This document shows positions 30,801 through 37,181 of a stretch of 64,000 bases of DNA, piece by piece. The stretch is from contig SVIV01000001.1 in assembly GCA_015069325.1 (NCBI GenBank), positions 81,416-145,415 of the forward strand, given 5' to 3'. How positions within the stretch are numbered: position 1 is the stretch's first letter; every line of letters begins with the position of its first letter. The notes beneath the pieces are model-generated. The model was not told the DNA's origin and searched no databases. It worked only from the letters and a program-made list of their open reading frames with translations. This stretch comes from Clostridiales bacterium (lineage in GTDB: Bacteria > Bacillota > Clostridia > Christensenellales > UBA1242). The translations under genes were made by a program, and so were the position numbers.

Positions 30801-33800
30801 TGCTGATGGACTTTCAACAATCTTTGCAAACGGTTCAGCGTTAACTAAAAACGAAAAAATTATGGATATTCCATATACAGTAGAAACTTGGACTCCAGAT
30901 TATGAGTATAATAAGCTATATTATGAAACAATCTTTTATTATGGAGTAGGAACGAATACGGGAGATCGCAGATGGTTGGGAGTTCAAATTAGATATTATC
31001 GAATTTCATCAGAAATACAAATTTTGACTGGGACAGGAATTGATAATGATACTAAGACTTATATAGGTTCAAATTTGTCTCCTACGTATCAAGCAACAAG
31101 TAACATTTGCGGTTTGCCATTAAGTATTTTGTATTCTGCGGATTATCGTTTGGCTACTATGGGCTATACCGATGAAGATGATTATGATTTTGCTGACCTG
31201 AATCCAAATAGATTATTAGCATTTTATCAATTTGGAAGTCCAAGTGGAACAAGCGTAGATGTTTATTTAGGTGCATCTGCGACAATAACAGAAAACTTTG
31301 CAATGCCTGTAAATTCAGTAGCATCCAACTATAAGCGAAATATTGTTAAAGATTATATAGAAAAAGGAATGCAGGCTAGTGAAGAATCTATTACAAGAAA
31401 GCTTAAGAATGATTTAGCAAAAACGTCACCTGAAGTAATGGCAATTAAGGAAAAGATTAAGTCTATAAAAGATGGGACAACTCATACTTCAAATAGTGAG
31501 GGGGATGTAAAGAAGATAGGAAATAAAAAGTTTGTTTTTGCAGACTTTAATGTAGACAACTTTAGGCAAGGACTTATTACAAAACAATTAACTTATAAAT
31601 TTGAAGATGTAAATAGAGACAATGCATCTTATAAGGTTGACCCGACTGCTGGAGGCAAAAAACTTTCATACAGTGATTTAGAAATAGATACATCAAATCC
31701 TGATGGAAAGACTGTTGTAATTACACTAAATGCATATTACGATAAAGCACTTGTTGGCGCGACAATTAATTTTAATGTTTCAGCAACATATGAAACATCA
31801 GGGGCAATCAACACTTCAAGTTTAAACTTATATTTTGTTAATGGTGGAATAGGATTAGGTCTTACTAATTTAGATACAAGATACAAACACGGCTGGGCAA
31901 GCACAAGAATTTCTACAGGTGATGAAGCATATATTGCAACATCAGGTAATCAAGTGATATTCCTTGTTTATGATGAGACTCTTAATGACCTTATTTATAA
32001 ACCAAAAGTCCAATTATCTGAATCGACTGTTGTGAAATTATCTAGTGGTGATAAAGCATTTGCAGCAGGAGCTGAAGTTAATAACCTTTCAGTATCAGAA
32101 TTGTTTGCCGACTGGCAGATAGCATACTTCACTTATACAGAACAACTTATGAAGTTCACAAACGGTGGTGAAGGTAGCGCAACGATTGATACATCCACAT
32201 TTATTACAAGCCAAAATAATTACATTATGAAATACATTAAAGATGATGGATATATGCTTCCAACGGGCACTGGAACAATTAATCTGTTTAAAGATAATGG
32301 TAATGGCACTTATTCTTGGATTAATCAAAGCAAATTTGATGAGACTGATGAAATAACAAAGTGGGTGTCAGACAAGTGGCCAACGTCTCCTAATCTTTAT
32401 ACTATTGATGGATATACAATTACAAATTATAGTGCTAGTGTGGATAAAATAGTTTATAGTAATCGTATAATTAGTGATTATCAAGATTGGTTATACGACC
32501 TTACAGATTATGGTTATATATTCAATTCTGATGAAGTTAAGTTAAGAGTGGAAAATGAATATCGTGAAGAGTGGGGATTAGGTGATTGGAAGGTAACTTG
32601 CGATCTTGTGTTGTATGATATGGTAACTGGAGAGAAACTTGAAAATGTTTCTATCAAGAGTATTAATCTTACAGGTGAATATACATATGACTTGAGTAAT
32701 AATAAATTGACTTTCGGTTTAAACGAAGATTGGACAGACCGTGATATAACAGGAATAAGCTATGTCATAGAATCGACGGATTATCAAAACGAAGTTGGTT
32801 CAATAAGTGCTGAGGGACACATAATCTGGAATGACGATAAGTATAGTTTTGATACATTAAATTATTGTTATTATATCAAAGACAATACTAATAACTTTAT
32901 TTATATTCATAATAATGTAAGAGAGGTCCAAAATCTATATACAAAATCAGACAGAGATTCTATTTGTTATATTGAAAAGATAGAACCTACTCCTACTCAA
33001 CCTGCAGAAACAGGAACATTGAATACTACAATTGAAATTGCTGGTTGTGGCAAGTATGATATTAGTATTGATTATTCAATGACTTTCACCGATTCAAGTT
33101 TGACGTTTAATGCAGATGGGGCTTTAGCTAAAAGATTCGACTATTATGGCTATTCTGACGATGAAAAGAAATTTACGCAAGCCAGCTGGACAACAAATTA
33201 TACTTATAAAATCACAAAATATACAATGACAAAATCAAGAAGCGAAGGTTATGATGACGGCTTTGATATGATTGGGGCATATTTATTGACATTTAAAGGA
33301 CACTCTTTTGAGGGTGGAGCTTATTATGAGCCAACAAATCGTCGAGAGCAGAATAACATTTATCTACATAATGAATTTAATAAGACAACAAATATTGAAG
33401 TTAAATTAGAAGTTGATCAAACTCATAAATTTGAATCTGATGATTTAGACAAAGAATATATTATTCGCTTTGTTGGGCAAGAAAGTTACCTTACAGCAAA
33501 TAGTTTTGTGTTAAAATTAAGTGAAGAAGCTGTCTTTACAGAAAATGAATATTACTTCTTGAGTGTTTCAGCGAGAAAAGGAAGCAATGACATTATTGAT
33601 GAAACAGTAGGAGAAACAGTATTAATATTCGATTATAGTGGTAACTTTAAGAAAGAATATACAATAACTGCTGACGATGTTGGAAAAACCGTTCAGGAAG
33701 TGTCTAAGAACGCAGGTTGTGAACTTTCGTCTGGTGGATTTATTGTCAAAAAAGAAGAATTCAAATCATATTCAACAGCAGATGATTCTTTTGAGTTTGA

Positions 33801-35997
33801 CAAAGGAGAAGATTTTTACTATTATACATATACAGAAGAAAATGGTTTTGAAAAACAAGGTCCATATGCTGTCCCATTTCCGTATATATTAGAATTCAAT
33901 GACACGGAAACAAACACATATATAGATGAATATGGTCAAGAACAAATCGAAACAATTATTGTCAAACGCAATGCAATAAGCATTTACGACAACAGTCTTA
34001 AAGTGCAACAAGCAACGCTTAAAGAGACAACAGAAGTTGTAGATTTTTCAGGCTATGCTACAGAATATCAGGCAGAAGGTGAAATTACACTAGCATCAGG
34101 ACAAACAATTTTGTTATTTAAAGAAGATAAGACTTTCTTAAAAGAATATACAAATACTGAAGAATCTGAAAAAACTTATAGATTATCTGAAATTATTGGT
34201 GACGACTCAATTACAAAAGTCTATGTGGTTGAAAAGTCTGAAGAAATTGAATATAAAATCTTTAATGAAAGTGGAATATTATTAAAAAACATTACATTTT
34301 CTTCAGATTATGGAAAATTGAATCCTACCGTTGCAGAAATTCTTGATGCAGAAATGTTGCCAGAACAGAAAGCATATATAATTCCTGCAAATAAGGCAAC
34401 AATAATTCAAGAGGCAAACAATAACAACGTCTACTTTAAGATTGCCAACAAATCGGTTGAAGAAACAGTGCCAAAATTCCCAAATCCAACAATATCATTT
34501 ATGAATTATGATGTTAATAATTCTTTAGATAAAATGGGATTAAAAGCAGACATAGACACTTTACGTTCTGGTAAATTTACAGTTTATGTAAAATCTTCAA
34601 AGAATGCAACACAAGAAGATTATGTGCTTACTGGGCATCAAAATTCAATTTCGGGCACTGCAGATCCAGACACCTTAGAAAGTGGGCCTTCAGAAAGAAT
34701 AGATATTGTTCTTACAAAAGATATTTCTATTGGACAAATTGACTACAACTTGCCATTAATTGTTAATTTAATTGGAAATGGTTATAATCTTTCATATTAT
34801 GAAAGGGCATTGTATAATTCACTGGGAAATACTGCAACAATCAAAGATGTAAATATTTTAAGCAGTGTTGAAATTACGAGCGGAGAAGCTTATATCTTCA
34901 AAGATGGCGGTTCTGGAACAATCAACAACTTAAACCTATATGGAAATATTGTAAATATAGAAAGTAAAAATAGAGTATTAATAGGTGGAAGAAGTGATGA
35001 TTCTACTTGTATTACAAATATATCAGGCTTTACTTCGTATATTTCATTAAACGCTCAATTGACAAGCTCAGAAACAATCATTTACGATGCTGGTTATGAT
35101 GATAAGATAGATGATAATCATGATTTAGGAAATTATTTCTATCCTATTCACGAAAATAAACACTATGTTTTAGATAATAACATAAGCCGATACGCTCAAT
35201 ATGATAGTGATGCTTGGACAGCCAAAGGCGATGATAATGTTTCAAGTTTAGTTTTTGGATATGATTATATTACTTCTGATGGAGTTGTATATAATTCTGG
35301 CGAAGAAGGATTTAACACTGCATATGCTGAAAGAGCAAAAATGAAAAAATATTTATTTGAAAATTATTATTTCCAAGGTTCTGATTTCTCTCTTAAAAAT
35401 GATAATGACAACTTCAAATATAATACGAATAACTATATCCTATCACGTTTACCATTGAATTATTGTTATCAAGGGATTGTTGATGCTAAGGGATATACAG
35501 AAATTCCAGGAAATTCATCAACAGGATTGACGTATGTTGGTGGAGCTCCATTATTCTATAAGATTACATGGCATAATTCAGAAAAAATAGATATGGCGTA
35601 TAGCTATTATACTGATTATTCAAAACATGGACCTTTAAATGGAACATTTACTTATTATGATAAGGATAAGTATCAAGATAGCGATAAATTTGATATTGAT
35701 TTTAGCGATAAGATATTTAAAGTCGATGAGAGTGGTAAGGATAATGGCAAATACATTGTTAAATCAGGTGCTGCAGGACAATCTATTGCGAATTATTCAA
35801 CAACGATAGCTTCTGATTTTGTAACTGTAACAAATCCTGCAGATTCTACTCAGATGCCAACTTTGACATCTATTAGGATGTATGGAATTATTACAGAAAA
35901 TACAGACGACTCTGGACAAAAAAGCAGAGGGTATAGTGTTGATTATGGCGTATATTCTCAACCAAAAGACCTTTCATTTATTGCAAGTTCAGTATAA
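15844..35997 (+). CDS. giant (6,717 aa) surface lipoprotein with repeated GLUG-like beta-helix modules and Ig-like segments
   Basis: Uninterrupted 20,154-nt frame. SD AAGGAGG at 15831-15837. MKKLLVGLLSIFMVLGGVVLSAC carries lipobox LSAC (Cys23). More than 35 repeats of the type GGIAGVNQGTISNSKV. Big_2-like stretch at ~20230-20385. No LPXTG and no catalytic motif seen. Confidence 0.9.
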   Translation: MKKLLVGLLSIFMVLGGVVLSACGGDSVQLTIYDNLGEEISRTLEIEIGSADPDGGYLLLSARASNGEKNITASSTSSAVSVTIDSSSDDRVFFKVVGSEETVGEPAVISFNAGSAKEFVYINVYSQVKSMSAVKDNDENFFFVAGQRYLLMGDGFESDVNRLTEDSMIEFLPSKNSRRILSWEVKGVDSGEYEGVEGALEISNDVVKDGFVELRATDVHEKGNGATVEIKVPVIDAIEETISLAWNDGAGTPDESALNAGSGIGEPVVLISNVSEDVNYLGYAWVGYTGNDLVITPVVEKKSIVGKNVVWTVLEKLDNELLINYKGTADGYTYYEIKTASADNSSEYRISFKVGYDKYNYAGTTRYLYLDMQQKVDTVYVSTKGAIEAFGQYGSEIHLYDNYSSVQAVSNQEYGQVFAIDLSPEVEGGSGKYSIELQCPVVDGGITEDGSCPIDVFFKAFNGTVVPLNLVDGGDKWTQENIDANGELYIKVSAELKQQTISGFKLNFVSKDNIYAKTELSLTLHKSASQTNFDDIVGKTDANVVIDSSDIGETYTKTFTLTGQTTTNGLRVEYQYDSLSYELIPVSSDEEANTVTFDVVFALNDDYYGTTASEKYRIVHENGNATSEFGINIVLPFSEISVYPDMGNELSNSVVNVIKNGDDAVSLMLKNNSVTPLTFSMPKTNGHSPVITNFEVLYFDQSSSGLSLEDFLALSDGDVLANAIAFSSSVIYAEYQSPFTSASISTKEVGYTYMVLVFIGKNAYGEENIIPKIILIESFNSPEGLRIASLSNKTVEIFAADSVSDKDRISTVKDIEIIFENQNTTYASLENVTISSKIYGEDSKKYYAIDNLIIGKTGIQFTINGLSTQGYAQVSDVVNVVYSIKKDGKAVYSMLCTIPLTIKSADRIHSLAWLNSDENGLYFEANATGTDKTQYLIFETSPTNARNNDIRVVITDEGGNNAERENFVLRDKLVVSNNTVALNLGAAVTAGKSGYAYFLPEDAVFNNNLKYYYYVIEGKKVDYKNIDSYSLEELTLVNADCNIDKIASIYDDLIKYSFFTTDVVKESQGECVLEKVSFADILVKVKIEVADGSKEHPLRVYNKSQFTQINPVQHYLIMNDIDVSDIYFWDFSGGMSGVSKDVTLTLNRTLITTLAQNAYIKNLTLIGNVEGPGFVCVINNGEIDGVIIDTLGNKPSTLTPFGGSVGGIAGVNQGTISNSKVLGLTIKVNGEDVGGIAGYNTGTITNCAVEFYNLATNTPEVYNVNTFSGTNVGALVGYHMSGTIDSSYAYDYTLSASETNNTNRVLLGTTVVDPFVAIIGSDAKLSKVFSVVGIKDTYAEGNIENYYTSYYNDATYESDVNIADDYKMKTTDEKFDAEINGGQAYFKDFYQEKMLSQLTADNTVQTIKENGYYKSIKVNEENGILFLYKIDGSAEDLSSSELQDLEELNSISIAKLLKIESSGKIIVTSSDTKIIKVQGSSIQVLQTGVVEITISVKQDASINRAITINVINAISDLNLTRSSDDGRGVNVEGKEVNVQFAKSVYIIATPNKSSLILGNLAKRYDFIKGEYQLVANSRCADVQPGEIAVGVETSNNVISITTKKTATEKSGKSILKVYPQVFDINADEPEIKEKNIVLQQAIESTFAKQFVVNPSDGAISFNISAEQKPLYPSSTAVVKIQLKTTAKNDIVYPEIVMNDASYVMTRQWVEESAEYVFFDVFGNKVLTTTRSLAETPVEEANGTFTYVYNMTFAVHPDYQQKVADNINFKITFKTASGATSDSLDILLARQNITNVDTAKYKVTETYISGGSEFYEAKNHATTLSPGNSAIIKVNVNPEFAYYDYATIFYSGASVPNAVHIEAVEEESLGVYKTLTKDTALVKQENGKLQYIPAENSTVKHRIFFKVWINTTVDRDTTLKFTIAFYRNGQEKELDFVNTYIDVKYLTEPRVTISGEEVAYIAKGTTNEIKIEVLEDQTLDGLSLSGEKIEGVYITGLQGPKLDSAKGINVYTAKVVCNVDAKTDARNRFFIMATVAREIDGVRESKTTYATAVIVDFKLDEINIEGADDGTLTIWQNVPKEFDVNYTLIPDDSEYKITSENQDTIAKLKSAKKTFASSHYYPASAPTATSAEYYINWVEDEEGWKSLDLLDRLFVRTAAGDKPYNDESLDLPFEFYKDEDGLYKVKGIKSNAGIVTMVLRTYIIAGGIEKLVETEFNVNIETFSDPDLPLSIKSAEDFLALNPTNMTAGEIKPQDYILENDIVLENYTPFNTSAIRSLDGNGYTIYIKSFDVDSQKILNLALFNTVATLTQTEDNTATETTLKNIRVNYYNGGQLTIDISRHSEVNLAGIAITNDGVITNCEVVSFYQPALAGESLSAGVNAACNQHNKVKGFNVSYTNGANSDEVFISDNTKDWTSQIAGFVITNNGSITNSRVGGKEIYVITKAEANKQNASADEVIVDQFNIIGQGNIAGFVLDNNGTIASSFVKRVEIKNRSQATKFNTSGFVDTNSEQATIITSYVEGEESKEEGTKYRYANLGSQIMSDTGCIAGFIYENKGVIKNSYSNILISNSTDTNKVYLASGFVYKNEGRLENCYSSSQVENANYSQMNFSGVDKDGNLLTSGDYENCYYFNLESYSVEVEQTLADDPTESQFNTGATLVKNPTYNSSFYGFSIAENPTSFHKDGIWVIDQDYGIKLIEADYIAYSHRYKQFITGGDSGYYLTQEIDGETVRYILPYGILYIDSENSINTTLGGNYNPIIISDAQDWQDINGDSKSSYIKEYYKNGNVSGVYRIVKDIDLSVLNKDVNSTDKTLTGALYGNGFTINGIALSQLSSTSKTSFGLYSAISTTNTTGKKSTPAFVSNINMEVEQVTAGNVSAVGALAGIIQNATIVNVKVVFNEKSIVEGLNYTGGLVGFAYGDNKIKNIVITNPNILSDTYTEDEKNYITNENLRDFRNSVRNDIVSALSDTYKNYSYAGSAIGFIDNYDIHSQSMPIFTNSNDDTTIFDVNNLRVEGDVNVKAQVVGGVFGFVGVNTDVNDIGLTISAGENENSQLISTRYFAGGIAGQSFGRIARAFASHDKQTQDEIEDNLAKFYDGDTNVERGILDLFDTSKIDIDNTQVAVGGIIGYVGGGYLEISYSRLNVTSMSSQYAGGIIGYIDVAKALTYTVMVDTMYFENKDEAEGLGTKYFINEVYATGDVRAKEMAGGLIGLIKGETSDIKLLSVNALNYLTTYDYSSGKYDSLNEAQYDISTNLRVNSFVGAFVNSKGDIEEFSERKVSEIVGNGESGKIFKDKNGDAYEDDDECGRIKFESAHSLNGYISFVTGQEEASAGTSNLNPLPSVARYNYYTFAGHKVYLKRFGEPMLTITNEAGKLEYNKEAEDLVNFNESTAKMGGYMLNIYSIVSPEQYTDSTVGHTMTKSGFLDSGIWAFANWQHQIEDLFPEIKLKEVYDVVYLDVYNANEVFERMNSNPNLIVIVRGLKTKGANEDDPKSYDHIEIYQDQSNTSMFRAKGSDGGAFSKIGSVHSFAGKIVGGIYPVGAENVDDFTKIISYAGNFIESVDEGFSVLNQTFTYGKLQSLESKGATPADSTPNTLTIDNGLFVDKPVKGIKIVDSTIELLTNITATGNAGTELNFGLVAPVISSSVISGVRVKANTGTITKTDGLRIEAEVSTSIALLAITAENETAGKTLNAGLITGKLIQESEEDIMSVKGGEILIKENQLLISTQNSEYYTYANVGGYYGLVTITNDETIDPANFILGLASGFNKLAKLNIKHQTKLYNQTSHLYIGGFVGSVDNISAITQSEGALKYKLEYTLPDNVNDLRLGNIVGNLTAKTSIEVNSMNKAYRKAEGEISQNIISKTATNWGYIGGAVGYRSGAALTVQGFESIEMKANDLNLVSGIAGAKKADGDGKQEICYGGLVGFTKDQLSLNNNNDTTETEVSGDAKITQTNASKDNQISVGSLVGAITAVMPEDSTALKIEGKYTSTLNFNLTGLNVSAGGIVGKLYNSDTAGNPQNTTITSGKEDTLIRYDGDIIYSSDNKTDTKNLTGAMANLGGIVGVICATDNSATISSLTIDSVSHGGKFEVSSVQGATLNIGGSIGSVNLTNKSNKVSLKNAYNYGNTYVKYLQSDYKESSFIGVDEYNYGGLIGNVSAVRYTIEDNYVAESSHNSRYIQSTDTDTDTAHALFGKGTPTTNGEVIDAGLTNIISKTANLYSHAVCLMTDDNGTDIAYNTAYTDTRLGYNDCATGETIISKILSGLNKKSEDFTEGHKLRPIVLTGTNYKGSELHSLSEFKGLTYFTLIENISVENTHFKLKNTAFIGDGFKITYSNTAADNQALFDCGSKNADLESNDLSFVSSLIEDINVTLENANKGDYAGLAIRLKQNQQIYAVNAYGKMEIHSTNSVHMAGLVSMYLGKISDCSTDIDMIERADNSNTFVWGFGYGWQAETAGGDCIGNGAVVENCFSLGSVTTYSGSPIYPFTMNGDSKVSYNNCYSATRTFWNDYLTLESAPTTLDFYTKIHYDVDAVDYKLSNTISNQFTFTYTTLATTEYFKNSPVWSEINIDFNYGYPTLKYQYLKMSSYSSQGPVKKDCTEVAGHVCENQLYDCYIDTYEYTRCDNGVVPADKTTAYYRLPNAGVMAGRVADEDIISNFVLTNEIDLRLTSSYESNGQLGSLNEQDFDKNFDGQGHTIKGLQTSLFKKVSGGYIKNLRLTEVSGSSPALADSIEEATISNMTIGGNISARGGLANSATRANIYAVQSTMIITTSLSNISSVGMIAMVTACQVGYCSNYGNITVTSEFTSFVGGIVGSVNDASSKIFYSSNSGCIINQPNASDKKLSLCAGGIVGCVVNATIEVTGCCNSGIVKCGSKAMNADYSSINYAGGIAAYGNISFTNCYNEGSVEALAANGTYGYAIYGTAKMILTGIEIPCSYTEYLNSSNFTKFTAKYVRISQTSDQNVVAYGIGPGAGSSNICVYDTNADGLSTIFANGSALTKNEKIMDIPYTVETWTPDYEYNKLYYETIFYYGVGTNTGDRRWLGVQIRYYRISSEIQILTGTGIDNDTKTYIGSNLSPTYQATSNICGLPLSILYSADYRLATMGYTDEDDYDFADLNPNRLLAFYQFGSPSGTSVDVYLGASATITENFAMPVNSVASNYKRNIVKDYIEKGMQASEESITRKLKNDLAKTSPEVMAIKEKIKSIKDGTTHTSNSEGDVKKIGNKKFVFADFNVDNFRQGLITKQLTYKFEDVNRDNASYKVDPTAGGKKLSYSDLEIDTSNPDGKTVVITLNAYYDKALVGATINFNVSATYETSGAINTSSLNLYFVNGGIGLGLTNLDTRYKHGWASTRISTGDEAYIATSGNQVIFLVYDETLNDLIYKPKVQLSESTVVKLSSGDKAFAAGAEVNNLSVSELFADWQIAYFTYTEQLMKFTNGGEGSATIDTSTFITSQNNYIMKYIKDDGYMLPTGTGTINLFKDNGNGTYSWINQSKFDETDEITKWVSDKWPTSPNLYTIDGYTITNYSASVDKIVYSNRIISDYQDWLYDLTDYGYIFNSDEVKLRVENEYREEWGLGDWKVTCDLVLYDMVTGEKLENVSIKSINLTGEYTYDLSNNKLTFGLNEDWTDRDITGISYVIESTDYQNEVGSISAEGHIIWNDDKYSFDTLNYCYYIKDNTNNFIYIHNNVREVQNLYTKSDRDSICYIEKIEPTPTQPAETGTLNTTIEIAGCGKYDISIDYSMTFTDSSLTFNADGALAKRFDYYGYSDDEKKFTQASWTTNYTYKITKYTMTKSRSEGYDDGFDMIGAYLLTFKGHSFEGGAYYEPTNRREQNNIYLHNEFNKTTNIEVKLEVDQTHKFESDDLDKEYIIRFVGQESYLTANSFVLKLSEEAVFTENEYYFLSVSARKGSNDIIDETVGETVLIFDYSGNFKKEYTITADDVGKTVQEVSKNAGCELSSGGFIVKKEEFKSYSTADDSFEFDKGEDFYYYTYTEENGFEKQGPYAVPFPYILEFNDTETNTYIDEYGQEQIETIIVKRNAISIYDNSLKVQQATLKETTEVVDFSGYATEYQAEGEITLASGQTILLFKEDKTFLKEYTNTEESEKTYRLSEIIGDDSITKVYVVEKSEEIEYKIFNESGILLKNITFSSDYGKLNPTVAEILDAEMLPEQKAYIIPANKATIIQEANNNNVYFKIANKSVEETVPKFPNPTISFMNYDVNNSLDKMGLKADIDTLRSGKFTVYVKSSKNATQEDYVLTGHQNSISGTADPDTLESGPSERIDIVLTKDISIGQIDYNLPLIVNLIGNGYNLSYYERALYNSLGNTATIKDVNILSSVEITSGEAYIFKDGGSGTINNLNLYGNIVNIESKNRVLIGGRSDDSTCITNISGFTSYISLNAQLTSSETIIYDAGYDDKIDDNHDLGNYFYPIHENKHYVLDNNISRYAQYDSDAWTAKGDDNVSSLVFGYDYITSDGVVYNSGEEGFNTAYAERAKMKKYLFENYYFQGSDFSLKNDNDNFKYNTNNYILSRLPLNYCYQGIVDAKGYTEIPGNSSTGLTYVGGAPLFYKITWHNSEKIDMAYSYYTDYSKHGPLNGTFTYYDKDKYQDSDKFDIDFSDKIFKVDESGKDNGKYIVKSGAAGQSIANYSTTIASDFVTVTNPADSTQMPTLTSIRMYGIITENTDDSGQKSRGYSVDYGVYSQPKDLSFIASSV

Positions 35998-36077
35998 GAA
36001 ACGATTACAAATTACAGGAGAAAACTATGGGTAAGAAAGTAGAAAAAATTAAAACAGATTAAGAATTTGTCAAGCAT

Positions 36078-36824
36078 ATGCACGATGGGCATAGGGGCAG
36101 ACTTTTGCAAACTGTAAATAAAGCCGGCTTGCAGGATTTAAGTGATATTCAAAAACTTGAGTTTATTCTTTTCTACATTATTCCAAGAGGGGATGTAAAT
36201 CCCCTCGCCCATAGGCTTCTTAATCGTTTTGAAAATTTGCATAATGTTTTGGAAGCTTCAGTTGAAGATTTGATGCGCGTTCAAGGCTTAGGCGAGACGA
36301 CTGCAATGAAAATCAATGCATTATTACAGATTCTTGATGAGTATCAACTTGATAAATTTAAAAACAGTATTACTGTTGAAAGTGAACAAGATTTTCTTGA
36401 TTTAATTGAAATGTTACTCAGATTTAAAAATCAAGAACTTTGTTATATATTTGGCATTTCTCCAAGCGGAGTTGTTTGCAATCCAAGAGTCTTTGGTAAA
36501 GGCAATTCTTCAAAGGTTAACTTTGAAATGGTTGACGTGTCAAGTTATATAGCGACATACAGGGTAAATCAGATTATTTTGGTTCACAATCATCCAAATG
36601 GAAGTGCGATTCCTTCAAGCAAAGATGAAGAAAGTTTTGTTCGCATTCACAATATGTTACTCTTTACGGGAGCAAAACTCCACGACAGTTATATCGTTGG
36701 ACGGGACGGTATTTACAGTTGGGCTAGGAAGAGATTTATTCGTGAGTTTGCTAAACAAGACGAAGAATTAGATTTGCCAGAAGGGCACCAACAAAAGATG
36801 ATAAACTCGTCAGAAGAACAATAA
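36078..36824 (+). CDS. radC: RadC-like JAB/JAMM-domain protein
   Basis: HhH region LMRVQGLGETTAMKINALL and JAMM motif ILVHNHPNGSAIPSSKDEE. No SD before ATG 36078. An in-frame 11-codon ORF with a good SD lies just upstream (see findings). Confidence 0.85.
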   Translation: MHDGHRGRLLQTVNKAGLQDLSDIQKLEFILFYIIPRGDVNPLAHRLLNRFENLHNVLEASVEDLMRVQGLGETTAMKINALLQILDEYQLDKFKNSITVESEQDFLDLIEMLLRFKNQELCYIFGISPSGVVCNPRVFGKGNSSKVNFEMVDVSSYIATYRVNQIILVHNHPNGSAIPSSKDEESFVRIHNMLLFTGAKLHDSYIVGRDGIYSWARKRFIREFAKQDEELDLPEGHQQKMINSSEEQ

Positions 36825-37113
36825 TCCAAAAGCGGGGGAAGTTTCTCTCGCTTTTTTGTTTTCCGTCACTTTCTATTACTTCATTACCAAATGGAAGAAC
36901 GCAAAGACAATACACTCCCTCATCATCATATTTGATTGAAATGAATTCTTGTCGTTCAAGGTAGACTAAAATATTATTTAATCCATCATTATCTACACGA
37001 TATTTTATAGGCATTGCTAAAATAATGTCCTTTGCTTCAACTAAATTGTAAGCGCCATTAGGGCATTCTTTCTGCAATATTTTTAAAACTAATTTTGATT
37101 TAATATCAAGCAC
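36751..37113 (-). CDS. small winged-helix-like protein with C-terminal TM anchor (paralog A)
   Basis: GTG start without SD. KLVLKILQKECPNGAYNLVEAKDI...YLERQEFISIKYDDEGVYCLCVL, then FWIIVLLTSLSSFVGALLANLILRLV. Clear paralogy to 37182-37541. Its 3' 74 nt overlap radC. Confidence 0.6.
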   Translation of the reverse strand: MLDIKSKLVLKILQKECPNGAYNLVEAKDIILAMPIKYRVDNDGLNNILVYLERQEFISIKYDDEGVYCLCVLPFGNEVIESDGKQKSERNFPRFWIIVLLTSLSSFVGALLANLILRLV

Positions 37114-37181
37114 ATAATTTTTTTTGACTGAAATCTATTTTTTATACTATTTTTTCATTTATTTGGCTATAATCTTTGCAA

